A DNA stretch of 63,618 nt, the filler included, from Peribolospora baueri (lineage: Eukaryota): NCBI GenBank assembly GCA_029717555.1. It is 4 parts of 4 records of this genome, joined end to end, with 100 filler letters (N's around TTAATTAATTAA, not from the genome) between each part and the next. Parts side by side here need not be neighbours in the genome. Positions count along the whole stretch, not along the records: positions 21,416 to 42,167 come from JAMDHS010000159.1; 3 more parts are not named here. One strand, 5' to 3'. The translations under genes were made by a program, and so were the position numbers. Positions 25,876-38,309 of this stretch are shown in pieces. Positions within the stretch are counted from its first letter, which is position 1. Each line of letters opens with the position of its first letter. The notes under the pieces are model-generated. The model was not told the DNA's origin. It saw only the letters and a program-made list of their open reading frames with translations, and did not search any database.

Positions 25876-28800
25876 ATGGACGCTGGACTCTTCGATTACT
25901 TCGGAGACGGCAAAGGCGTTGCGTCCGGAAGTGCAACCCCAGACAGCTCTGGCGGTGGCGCGCGAAAGAGGGATCGAAAGGGGAAGAAGCGCGCCACGCC
26001 TGTCGCTGCCTCTGAGGCGGACGGAGGAGATTCGGCGATGGAGGCAGATGGAAAGACGTCGGAGGACTTGAACGGTGCAGATGGTGCTACGGAGGGTGCG
26101 AAGGAGCAGCCAGGTGAGGTGGACCAGGACGAAGATGGTGACGGGGACACCGGCGCGAGCAAGAAGACCCGTGTGGATGCCCCGGCGCCCGTGGTGACCG
26201 ACTCGTTCGACACCGTCGCCGAGAGAGAGGTGGCCGCCGCTGCAGGTTTACAGGCTGGGAAACCTGCGGAGGGTGAGCACATGGTGTTGAGCCATCAGGT
26301 GAGTTGGCCATGCACCTTTTAGGACGGGCCCGGAATGTACGTGGTGGGACGGGGCTCAACGACCTCCTTTTGTGTGTTACTGATTTTCTGTACCACTCTA
26401 GGTTCGCCATCAAGTTGCTCTTCCTCCGGCATACCCTTACAAGCCGATCCAGCAGCACGTCTCCCCTGCAGAGCCCGCCCGCACCTATCCCTTCACTCTG
26501 GACCCCTTCCAGAAAGTCTCCATTGCCTCCATCGAGCGACAGGAGTCCGTCCTCGTCTCCGCCCACACCTCCGCGGGAAAGACCGTCGTGGCAGAGTACG
26601 CCATCGCGCAATGCTTGAGAGATAAGGAGAGGGTCATCTACACCAGCCCCATCAAGGCGCTTTCTAACCAAAAATACCGCGAGCTGTCCGCTGATTTTGG
26701 TGACGTAGGACTGATGACCGGAGATGTGACCATCAATACGGATGCGTCTTGTCTGGTCATGACGACTGAGGTGGGTTCTTGGCCCGGGATAAGAACTCAC
26801 ATGGCTGCGTTTAACGACTTTTTTGTTCTTTCTGGCTGCTCGCTGCGTGTATTTGCCCCGCGTTAGATTTTGCGGTCGATGCTTTACCGCGGCTCAGAGA
26901 TAATGCGCGAGGTCGCATGGGTCATTTTCGACGAGATTCACTACATGCGTGATAAAGGTTAGTGCCTTCGCTTCACCTTCTTCCTCGTGTCAGTCGGAAG
27001 TGCTGACGGACAGGCGGTGCGGCTTGTCATAGAGCGAGGTGTGGTATGGGAAGAGACCATCATTCTGCTCCCTCGAAAGGTTCACTATGTCTTTCTGTCC
27101 GCTACCATCCCCAACGCGATGGAGTTTGCCGAGTGGATATGCAAGACGAAAGAGCAACCCTGCCACGTTGTCTACACGGACTTCCGTCCCACGCCGCTAC
27201 AGCACTACCTTTTCCCCGCCGGTGGCGACGGTATCCACCTTGTCGTGGATGAGAAGAGCAACTTCCGGGAGGATAATTTCCAGAAGGCAATGGGCGCGCT
27301 CGCGGATGGGCAGGGAGAGGACCCGGCGAGTGTCCTCGCAGGCAAGGGAAGGAAGGGGAAGACGAAGAAGGGCGGTCAAAAAGGTAAGTAAGTTCCGAGC
27401 CTCGCAGTCTGGTCGCTCGTTGACGTCTGACTTTCCAATTTCTCATCCATCCCTCTGTGTCAACAGGCCCTTCGGACATTTACAAAATCGTGAAGATGAT
27501 CATGGTCAAGAACTACAACCCTGTCATCGTCTTCGCCTTTTCCAAGCGCGAATGCGAAGGACTCGCCCTTCAGATGTCCAAACTCGAGTTCAATACGGAC
27601 GAGGAGAAGGAGATGGTCGGCGCCGTGTTCAATAATGCGATCAGTTCGCTGTCTGACTCCGACCGACAGCTTCCGCAGATCGAGCACATCTTGCCTCTGC
27701 TCAAGAGGGGCATTGGCATTCACCACGGCGGACTACTGCCTATTTTGAAAGAAGTCATCGAAATTCTGTTCCAGGAGGGACTGATCAAGGTGCTTTTCGC
27801 CACCGAGACCTTCTCGATCGGCTTGAACATGCCTGCAAAGACGGTCGTGTTCACGGCTGTGCGAAAGTGGGACGGCAAGGAGTTCAGGAACCTGTCTGGC
27901 GGCGAGTACATCCAGATGTCCGGTCGAGCGGGACGACGAGGTTTGGACGATCGGGGAATCGTAATCATGATGGTGGACGAAAAGCTCGAGCCGCAAGCTG
28001 CGAAGAGCATGGTCAAAGGACAGGCGGACCGTCTGGACTCTGCCTTCCACCTTGGCTACAACATGATCCTCAACCTCATGCGTGTGGAGGGCATCTCGCC
28101 CGAGTTTATGCTTCAGCGGTGCTTCTACCAGTTTCAGAATACGGCGAGCGTGCCCGGCTTGGAGGAGGGTGAGTGAATCATTTCTTCTGAGGCAAGGCTG
28201 TCAGATCGCTGATTGCAGCATCGCTCCCTCGAACAGAACTTCGGACTATCGAAGATGAGCGCGACAACATGGTGGTCCCGGAAGAGGAGAGTATCGCAGA
28301 GTATTATGACCTCCGACAGCAGCTTGACACGCTGGGCAGAGACCTCCGAGACGTGATCAACCATCCGACGTACTCCTTGCCCTTCCTACAGACTGGTCGA
28401 CTCGTGCGGGTCAAGCATGAGGAGCTCGACTTTGGGTGGGGATGCGTAGTCAACTATCAGAAGAGGCTGCCGCCGAAGGTGAGGGAAAGACGTGTGAAGG
28501 GTGCCTCTCTCGCACCGCCCTACTTTATTCCTGACGGGCCTTGTTTTCGTTCTCCCTCTCGACCGCGCAGGGCCGACCTCCGCCGCAAGACGAGGCCCCA
28601 CAAACCCAGTACATCGTCGACGTCCTCCTCAACTGCGCCCTTAGCACCCAAGTCCCTTCGCGAGACCGGACGGCGAACGGGGCGATGGCGATGGCAGCGG
28701 GCATGCGACCGCCAGCGCGGGGCGAGAAGGGCGAGATGGTGGTCTTGCCGGTGCTGCTGTCGACGCTCGATGGGATCAGCAGCATCCGGATTTTCTTACC

Positions 28801-30127
28801 CAAGGACCTCAAGCCTCCGGAGCCGAGGGCGACGGTGGCGAGGAACTTGCAGGAAGTCAACAGGAGGTTCCCGAATGGGATTCCGTTGGTAGATCCCGTC
28901 AAGGACATGAAGATTACAGACGACAACTTCAAGAAGCTGTTGGGCGTGAGTTGCGAGAAGGGATGAGTTTTCGTCGCTTGACGACTGCTGACACGTCCCA
29001 ATTTTGTGGCTTTGATCAGAAAATTGAAATCCTTGAAGCACGCCTCACAGCATCACCTCTGCACGACTCTCCGCGGCTACCAGAGCTGTACGAGCTGTAC
29101 GCGGCGAAACAAGATGCGGCGAAGCGGGCTCGTGCGGTTAAGAAAAAGATCCAAGCCGCTCACAGCGTGATGCAGTTGGACGAGCTCAAGTGCCGGAAGC
29201 GCGTGCTTCGTCGACTCGGGTTCACGAGCTCGTCGGACGTAGTAGAGATGAAGGGCCGGGTGGCCTGTGAGATCAGCTCGGGAGACGAGCTGTTGCTCAC
29301 GGAGATGATCTTCCAGGGCGTGTTCAATGACCTGAGCCCTGAGCAGTGCGCCGCGCTGTTGAGCTGCTTCGTATTCCAGGAGAAGGTGAGCCGGGCGACA
29401 ACCACGTTTTGATCTGTACGTCCTGACTCGATTCCGCCCCTCTTCTCCCCAGAGCGAGCAAACCGTCCGTCTGAAGGAAGAGCTCGCAGCGCCCCTGCGA
29501 GTCATGCAAGAGACGGCGCGAAGGATCGCCAAAGTGTCGAGGGAGTGCAAGCTACCACTGGTGGAGGACGAGTATGTGAGCAGCTTCAAGGTCGAGCTCA
29601 TGGACGCCGTCATGCAATGGTGTCGCGGGGCCAAGTTTGCGGAGATTTGCAAGGTCAGTCCCGTCCGTCCGTCCGTATGGTTTTGTCGTTCTTCGTTTCC
29701 CGAGAGGAGGGCAAGGTCGGCTTTCCTTCATCCTTCTTCCTCACCGCCTCTGCTGACCATCTCCGCCCCACCGCTTTCGAAGATGACCGACGCCTTCGAA
29801 GGCTCGCTCATCCGTGCCTTCCGCCGCTTGCAAGAGCTGCTTCGACAGATGAGCAGCGCGGCCAAGGCGATCGGCAATGCCGAGCTGGAGGCCAAATTCG
29901 ATTCCTGTGAGTGCTCGGCTCGCCTTTGTTCGTCGCGACGTTCTTCCTTGTCCCATTTCGCGATCATACGCATGAGATGGATACTCACTGAGCGTCGCCT
30001 TTTGGGCTTTAAAACGCTCCCCTTTCGCTCTCCGTTCGGCCCTCTCTCGTTTGCAACGCATGTCGCAGCGCTAGCCAAGCTGGAGAGGCCGTCGTCTGTG
30101 GTGTTCAACCCGAGCTTGTACCTGTAG
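25876..30127 (+). CDS. MTR4: ATP-dependent RNA helicase Mtr4/Dob1 (TRAMP/exosome; multi-exon)
   Basis: [61 protein letters not shown], arch/KOW insert, C-terminal FEGSLIR...FNPSLYL*. Confidence 0.96.
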
Positions 30128-30359
30128 TTGTGATTTCGTTCTCCTTTTTGAGGGCATTCGACCTGCCTGTTTGTTCTCAGGGTCAGTCTATCGTCGTCCT
30201 GCGATTGGCGCTTACGTCGGAATTTGCTGCCGAATGCGATCTCTGACGCTCCTGGGGTCCCGTGTGTCGTCTCAATCGCCTGGGGGGTTTTCGGTATGCA
30301 CTCCCAACGTCGTTCGTCTAGGAGACGGAAGGATATTTCAAGCATTTTGGGAGATACAT

Positions 30360-30420
30360 AGGGACGGCAGATTGAAGAAGGGCCGTCCCTTCTTCAATCT
30401 GCCGTCCCTTCTTCAATCCG
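30360..30420. repeat. Perfect 23-bp inverted repeat (4-nt loop) overlapping a 19-bp tandem duplication
   Basis: AGGGACGGCAGATTGAAGAAGGG-CCGT-CCCTTCTTCAATCTGCCGTCCCT (30360-30409); GCCGTCCCTTCTTCAATC occurs twice in tandem. Confidence 0.92.
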
Positions 30421-30735
30421 TCGTCCTTGAGTGTTAGAGAGGGGCTGCGGTATGCGGTTCTCCCCTTCAAGATGGGCATTGCCGATGATATTCGCGCAAG
30501 TAACTCGGCGTCTGAGCCGGAGCCGAGCCTGCCGTCAAGAGATGCCTCCGTCGAACCTCGTGTCGATCGCTGTTCGTCCGGCGGCTCTTCGTTGATGACG
30601 TGGGGCAAAGTACGATACAGCATGCAAAGGAAGACACGTCGTACGCCAAGGGAGAGTCCTTCACACCCACACCCACACCCCACTCACATTCACACTTACC
30701 CTTACACCCCACTCTCACACCCCACTCTCACTCTC

Positions 30736-32057
30736 TCACACCTTGGCCTTGAAGCTGTTCTTCATCTGCCTCAGTCTGGCCATCACCTCCACGGGGTCAT
30801 CAGCGCCGACGGCCTGCTGCACCTGAGGATCAGAAACGCGCATGAAGACGTTGTGCCTCTTCTCGTCGCCGATCGTGCTCTTGCCCGTCGTGATCGGGTC
30901 GGTCTTGGCTTGCGCGAGGAGACGGAGGATGGAAGGGTCGTCGGGGAGGACGGAGGCGCCGAAGAGGGCGTTCGAGGTGGTATACTCGTGCCCGTTTTCG
31001 ACCTACCCAAAGGGCAGACGCAGACGAGTCGTCGGAGGAGGCGGGGAGAAGAAGGACGGGGTTTGCGTACAACGTTTGAGTGGGCGTGCTGACGTGCGAC
31101 TGCTCCGACGGACGAGGGGACGCACCTTGGTGTCGTCGGGCAGACTGGCGAGCACCTTATTGAGGGCGCGGTGCATCTCGGCCGGCGTGCCTTCGAAGAA
31201 GCGGCCGCAGCCAGCGATGAAGAGGGTGTCGCTGTTGGGCGAGAGGGAGAGGGAGCGGCACAGGGAAACGGGATGAGCGACGGGAGGGAGAGGGCAGGAG
31301 AAGCAAAAAGACCGACCCGGTGAACACGGCCCTATCTTCCTTGCCCCCACTCTTGTCCTCGACGAAATAGCAGATCGAGTCCTGCGTGTGGCAGGGCGTA
31401 GCGAGAGCCTTGATGTGCACGTTCTCGCCGACGCGCAGCGTCTCGCCGTCCTTGACGATGTGCGTGGCGGCGAGGACTTGTTTGGAGCCGCCGTAGATCG
31501 GTCGGGAGGGGTACGCTCTCGCCTGCGGCGAAGGAGGAGCGGGCGACGGCCAGGCATCGTAACGTCAGAGGCGCCAGAGTGGCCGCTTTCTTTCCACTTG
31601 CATATGCGCGGACATGCACACATACGTAGCGAGACTCACGAAGTCCGCATTGCCCCCTGCGTGATCGTTATGATGGTGCGTCGTGAGAGACCCCACCACG
31701 TTGTCGTCCTTCACGCCGAGCGCCTTGGCCTTGGCTCGGACGGCGCCGACGTTCCACGGGTCGACGAAGGCGGCCTTGCCCGTGGCATCGTCGAGGAGGA
31801 CGTAGGCGTAGTTGTCGGTGTGGGGTATGGGCACGGGGTGGATCTGCATTTTGGGACTACGGGGGCCGGGGAGCAAGAGAGGAAGGAGCGAGTCAGCCGG
31901 CTTGATCTCCCACGTGCGTTCGTCCGTCCACCCGCGCTCGGTCCCGTCCGTCTGTCTGCCCTCGGCTCGCTCACCTGGGCGAGGTATGAAAGCGTCTTTG
32001 TGCGTTGGGTGTGAACTCGGAGAGCAGAGGTTGGAAGAGAGAGCGAGCAAAGCGCAT
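30736..32057 (-). CDS. GLO2: Hydroxyacylglutathione hydrolase (glyoxalase II), with putative mitochondrial presequence exon
   Basis: DNYAY, metal-binding [57 protein letters not shown]; ends MKNSFKAKV*. An upstream exon (31975-32057) splices in frame to a second ATG at 31849. Confidence 0.93.
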
Positions 32058-32846
32058 GGATCCCTTGGTCGGTGTCGGCGACGGCGAGGATCAGGCCACG
32101 TCTTGCGGTCGACACTCGTCGACGTCGGCCGAGCTCGAGCTGAGCGATCGCGCCGATCACGCCGACGTGCCGCAGCAGTCTGATCGGCGCGACGTCATCT
32201 CTTCCTTCTTGCATGTGTCCGGCGATGATCACCTGCGATGCGCAGCTGGAACCCGGAGCTGGGCTCGAAGCGGGGGACAGGCGGGCTCGGTCGCGCAGGG
32301 CGAAGCGGTCCTCTCCAGGTTCTAGTCACGCCGAGGTGAGGAGGAGCATGTCGGACCTGGCGGAAGAGCGCCGACGGCTGAAACGGGCTATGCTGGGCGA
32401 CCTATCGCACCGTCCCGTACCGACGCTCGGGAGGAGAAGACAAGGGTGTGCTGAAAACTCGGCGGGCTCTCCCTCGCATGGCCGGTCGTGACGACATTCC
32501 TTGGCCATCTATCTGATCGGCTGGATCGGGCAGGCTCGGGGCTCGCTCGCTCGCCTTGCTTTTGTTCCGCGAGGGATACGTAAACTTCATATGTTCCAGG
32601 CGAGCGTGCGCGCGGTGCGATTGCTGACTAGCGGACCGAGTTGGCGAGAATTCGCATGGTCGTCAGCATCGTATGGACGGAGATGGAGAGAGATCAGACG
32701 TATATATACACACGTCTGCCCCCGTTTCGTTCCGCAATCCTTACCCCCCTTTCGTTGCCCACAACGTTACACCCATTCCCTTGACCGTAGTACATACCGC
32801 CTCGCACAACCTCGTCTGACCTCTTTCTCCCGTCAACGCCCTCGCC

Positions 32847-35562
32847 ATGTCGCTTTCCAAGCACAGTGAGCCGTTTTTCCCAGCCGACTGACCCCTCGGC
32901 ACGGTATCGTCTCACCGCGCTTTTTTTTTTCTCTCTGATCTCGCGCGCAGTCGACCCCGAGTCCCTCATCGAGGCCGCCAAGGACGACCCCAGCCTCTCG
33001 CTCTTTCACCACAGGAGGAAGTACCATTCCCACCCGCACGGGGGACGGTACAACATCGGCGACCTGCCCAAGTACAAGTGAGCGCCGGCGCAAGCCATCG
33101 TCTGGGGAGAGGATCGTGGGATGCGGTGCGGTGGGAGAGAGGAACGACGGAAAGAAGAGCGGAAGGAGGCGCTCATCTCTTCTCTTCGTTCGGTCGCGCC
33201 TAAAAGGCTCCCGCAGAGTGGCATCTCCGGCCAGCAGGCCTACCAGCTGATCAAAGACGAGATCGACCTCGACGGCAAGGGTGAGTGCACGCGATCGTCC
33301 GCAAGGCAGCGGAGCAGGCCTCCTTGACGGGAAGCTCACACACTCGTCGGCGATGGTCCCTCCTCGCTCGCCTCCCCCACACAGAGTCGCTCAACCTCGC
33401 CTCGTTCGTACACACCTGGATGCCGGAAGAAGCGGGAAGGCTCATGGCGGAGAACGTGGGAAAGAACCTGGTGGATCAGGACGAATACCCTGGTTTGTAC
33501 CGCTCGGCGATCTGTTTTTTCCTTTCGAACATGGGAGACTGGACTCATTCGTCTTCGTCGTCGGCGCTCTTCCACGGACAGCTACGTTGGACATTCACGC
33601 TCGCTGGTGAGTCGGAGGAGAGTCCTCTCTCTCTCCTCTCCCGCATAGCATGTCGAACAGGAACGAACGGACGCTCATATGGGGAACCGCCCACCCAAAA
33701 CAGCGTGTCTATCATCGCAGACCTGTGGAAAGCCGAGGGAAAGAAGGCGATCGGCACCGCATGCACGGGCTCGTCGGAGGGCATCATGCTCGGCGGCTTG
33801 GCGATGAAGCGGCGGTGGCAGGAAAAGATGAAGAAGGCGGGAAAGGACGAGCTTCGGCCGGGGCCTAACGTCATCTTTGGCGCCGAGGCGCAGGTTTGCA
33901 TCGAGAAGTGAGCGACGCGGCGTTGGTCGGTCGGTCGGCGGGGAGGTGAGGAACTGACCGGTGTTTGTCATCGTCGTGCGTCCGCCCTAACAGGTTCGCC
34001 AGGTACTGGGACGTCGAGGCTCGGACGGTGCCGATCTCGAAGGAGAGCCGGTACGTGACGGATCCGAAAAAGGTCAAGGGGCTCGTAGACGAGAACACGA
34101 TCGGCGTCTTTGTCATCCTCGGCTCGACGTACACCGGACACTTTGAGGACGTGGTGGGCGTGAACGCGGTGCTGGATGAATTGGAGGCCGAAAAGGGTTG
34201 GGACGTACCTATCCACGTCGACGGCGCTTCAGGCGCCTTCTTCGCGCCCTTCGCCTTTCCTAACCTCAAATGGTCCTTCGACGTCCCGCGCGTCGTGAGC
34301 ATCAACGGCAGCGGGCACAAGTACGGCATGACGTACGTCGGCCTGGGTTGGGTGGTGTGGAAAAGCGAGGAGTTCCTACCCAAGGATTTGATCTTTGAGG
34401 TGAGCGCCCGGACGGACGGACGGCAGGCTGGACGTCTGACCTGACCTGACCTGACCTGACATGACCTGACATGACCTGACATGACCTGACATGACCTGAC
34501 TTGGCCTTATGCCTCGCCGACGTGCTGTCGACTTGGGTCAGCTGCACTACCTCGGTAGCACCGAGTATAGCTTTAACCTCAACTTTTCTCGTCCCGCCGC
34601 GCCGGTCCTCGCTCGTGAGTTCGTGGTCGTCGTCCGTCCGCACCGAGCCCACCCCAGGCTGACACAGGCTGACATGTATGTCGGAACGGCGGCGTGTTTT
34701 TCTTTGATAGAGTACTTCAACTTTATCAACGTGAGAGGCGGCGTTCCCTCGCGACCCGTAGTCCGACGTGGCATGGCATTCACTCTGCGTCTTACGTCTC
34801 TCTTCCCGCTCGCTCCCCGTCCAGCTCGGCTTCGAGGGATACAGGAACGTCCAGACGGACGACCTGAAGAACGCACGGCTGCTGTCGCGCGCCCTCGAGC
34901 TGTCTGGCTATTACGAAGTGCTCTCCGACATCCACCGGCCAGCGCCCGGACGCAAGGCAAAGGCGAAGGGAAAAGAGGAAGAGGACGAGACGGAGGCGGA
35001 GGCGGAATACTACATGCCGGGCCTTCCGGTGGTGTCGTTCAAATGGACGGATGCGTTCGAGAAGGAGTACCCGCACCTGGAGCAGCGGTGGGTGCAGACA
35101 CTCCTCCGCGTCAAGGGATGGATTGTGCCCAACTATGCCCTCGCGCCGAACCTCGGGCACATTGAGATCCTGCGCGTTGTCGTGCGGGAGAGCATCAGCG
35201 AGGAGTTGATCGGTGAGTCGTCTGTCTGTCTGTTTGTCTGTCTGTCTACCCGGCTCAATTTCGTTGGTTTCATCGCTGAATGTTTGCGTTGCCCCTTTGG
35301 TCCGATCTTTTTTTGATTTGGACGACGGATGGTAGACCGGTTGGTGTCGGACTTGATAGAGATCACCGAATCGCTCACGGACGACTCGAACGCGGCGCAG
35401 CACCTCGCCGCACTGTCGACCAAGGCTGATGAGGAGAAGGGCGAGGAGAAGGAGAAGGGCAAGGGCAGGGGTAGGAGGCACGCAGGCCACGGGGACAGGA
35501 AGCACGCTCACCCCGGCACTGGAAAGGGGACGAGGGCTACCGGGTTTGCGAGGCAGTGCTGA
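32847..35562 (+). CDS. GAD1: Glutamate decarboxylase (PLP-dependent; many short exons)
   Basis: MSLSKHIDPESLI, LNLASFVHTWM, TACTGSSEGIMLGGLAMK, IHVDGASG, PLP-lysine motif SINGSGHKYG, GWIVPNY, ILRVVVRE; ends GFARQC*. Confidence 0.95.
34436..34500. repeat. Intronic pentamer repeat (C/A)TGAC x13
   Basis: CTGAC x5 followed by (ATGACCTGAC) x4, inside a GAD1 intron. Confidence 0.92.
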
Positions 35563-36258
35563 GTGCGTATGCGACCGTGTCGTGTGGGCGAGGGCGAGGG
35601 GACTCTATCGAGTCTCGGTCGCGTGAGAAGCGGCGCGAGCGAGCGTGTCTCTGTCTGTCTCTGTTCCTGTCTGTCTTTGCGTGAGGCTCCAACTTGGTTG
35701 GAGACGTTGCTCGTGGAAGAAATGTGGTGGTCGTCATCGTCGTCACTGAATCGGTCGTCGACGTCACTCGGGTTCATCTTGATCCGCTCTGCCAATCAGA
35801 TCGTCGGCGTTGGTTGGATTTCTTCCCGTCGGCCTGACACCGTTCGTTCGCGTCACTTGCGGGGAGTTGCCGCAGCACGCGTGTAGGCGCGGGGTGATCG
35901 GGGAGGGGGATGGGCATGGAAGGCTGGGTGGAGTTGGGCGATGGAGGGGGCAGGAGGGGAGGAGGGGGATGGACGGATGGGGGCAAGGATGGAAGATGGA
36001 ATGGAGGACGAGCGTCGACAAAGAAAGAGGAATGCAAGGCGAGCAGAATAAATGCCGCATAGCCGTCTGTTTACTTGTGCCTCACCCAGCGCCCGCACCC
36101 CACCACCCACCGACGACTACTTAAGCCGCGAGCCGGACGGACGGACCTCCACATGTCCGCCATCGTCATCGCCTCCACCACTCCTCGCCTCGCCGTTACC
36201 AGCGATTCACCCAACTCCACTTCTGCTTGCTCTTTTTTTGCTCCTCCGATAGTACGCC

Positions 36259-38309
36259 ATGACCTCCGTCGTGAGTCCCTCCCTCCACATTCGTCGACGC
36301 GGCCTCCGTCGTCGTCGTCATCGTCAACGTCGCCGCACCCTCCACGCCGCTGTCTCTCGCTTTGTTGTCTTGCGTCTCCGCTGATATTCCAACCGATCCC
36401 TCTTGCCTTCGTTCACCCCTACCCCGCCCCCCAGTTCCCTCAGCCTGTCTCCGGTGCCGCCACTGAGGACGTCCTCTACACCACCTCTAACGGCGCCCGT
36501 GAGTCGTCTCGAGCGTTGTATGCGCACGCCGCCGTTGGCAGCGTGAATTTTCGCCGACGCCTGCTGACCCAATCCCTTCCTCACCCCCACACCTCCACAT
36601 CGCCCTCGCCCCCACACCCGCAGCGCATGACCGCCCCTATGAGGCCCAGCGCGCCAACGTCGGCAACCCGAGCCAGGCCGGCGGCGCCCTCCTTCTTCAG
36701 GACTTCCACCACATTGACCTCCTGGCCCACTTCGACCGCGAGCGCATCCCTGAGCGCGTCGTCCACGCCAAGGGTGGCGGTGCCCATGGCTTCTTCGAGG
36801 CCACCCACGACATCTCCGACCTCTCCTGCGCCAGCCTTTTCCAACCCGGAAAGAAGAGCCCCGTGACGATCCGCTTCTCCACCGTCGGCGGCGAGAGCGG
36901 AAGCGCGGACACAGCCAGGGACCCGCGCGGCTTTGCCATCAAGATTCGCACCGACGAGGGCAACCTCGACTGGGTGTTCAACAACACCCCCGTCTTCTTC
37001 ATCCGCGACCCCGCAAAGTTCCCCCACTTTATCCACACCCAGAAGCGCAACCCTCAGACGCACCTCAAGGACGCCGACATGTTTTGGGATTATCTCTCGC
37101 TCAACCCGGAGAGCATTCACCAGGTCATGATCCTCTTCTCCGACCGCGGCATCCCTTACTCGCACCAGTACCAGCACGGTTACTCCGGGCACACTTTCAA
37201 GGTTGGTACCCGAGCGCCAAAAAAGAGCGAGCATTTTGTCCTTCTCGCTTTACGCGCTCACGCTGACGCCTTGCTCCTCCCTTCTGCACCCTCCAGTTCG
37301 TCAACAAGAACGGTGACTGGAACTACGTCCAGATCCACGTCCGTTCCGACCAGGGCGTCAAGTACCACACCCAGGAGGAGGCTGGCAAGCTGGCAGGCGA
37401 GAACCCGGACTTCGCGAACGAGCACCTCTTCGAAGCCATCGAAAAGGGTGAATTCCCGTCATGGACCGTCAGCGTGCAGGTCATGAGCGCCGAACAGGCC
37501 GAGAAGTACAGGTACAACGTGTTCGACTTGACCAAGGTCTGGCCTCACGCCGACTTCCCGCTCCGCCCCGTCGGCAAGATTGTTCTCAACAAGAACGCGG
37601 AGAACTACTTTGCCGAGATCGAGCAGGGTGAGAGTTCCTTTTCAGCTTTGGCGTCCGCCCCGGATTGTCCGTCATCGAAAACAGTGTCCACTGATCATCC
37701 GGTCGTCTTGCCTATCTAGCCGCCTTTTCCCCTTCCCACCTCGTCCCTGGCATCGAGCCCTCCGCAGACCCGGTCCTCCAGTCCCGACTTTTCTCCTACC
37801 CCGACACCCACCGCCACCGCCTCGGCGTCAACTATCAGCAGATCCCCGTCAATGCGCCCGTCGTGCCCGTCGCCAACTTCCAGCGGGATGGCTTCATGGT
37901 GAGAGTCGGTCGGCTGCGATGACGTGAGAAGTTGCGCTGACCGTCCGATCTATCTATCCTCCCGCCCGCGTAGACCGTCAACGGTAACCAGGGCTCGCGC
38001 CCGAATTACCAGGCGTCGACGAAGCCTCTCAAGTTCCGCACACGCACCTACGCCTTGCCGGAGCATGAGGCCTGGGCGGCCAAGGGCATCGACGCCTTCC
38101 TCTCCGAAGTTTCCGACATTGACTTTGAGCAGCCGCGCGCGCTGTGGCAGAACGTGTTCGACGACGCGGCGCGGGACCGGCTGGTGTCCAACGTTGCCGG
38201 ACACCTCGGCGGCGTCAAGCACAAGGAGATCAAGAAGAGGCAGGTCGACGTGTTCGCTCGCGTCGACCCGGAGCTGGGCGCACGGATCGCCAAAGCCATT
38301 GGCCTGTGA
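36259..38309 (+). CDS. Monofunctional heme catalase (small subunit); possible alternative last exon to 38525
   Basis: 12-nt first exon [52 protein letters not shown], proximal-ligand motif [14 protein letters not shown]; ends AKAIGL* if the last intron is not spliced. Confidence 0.95.
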
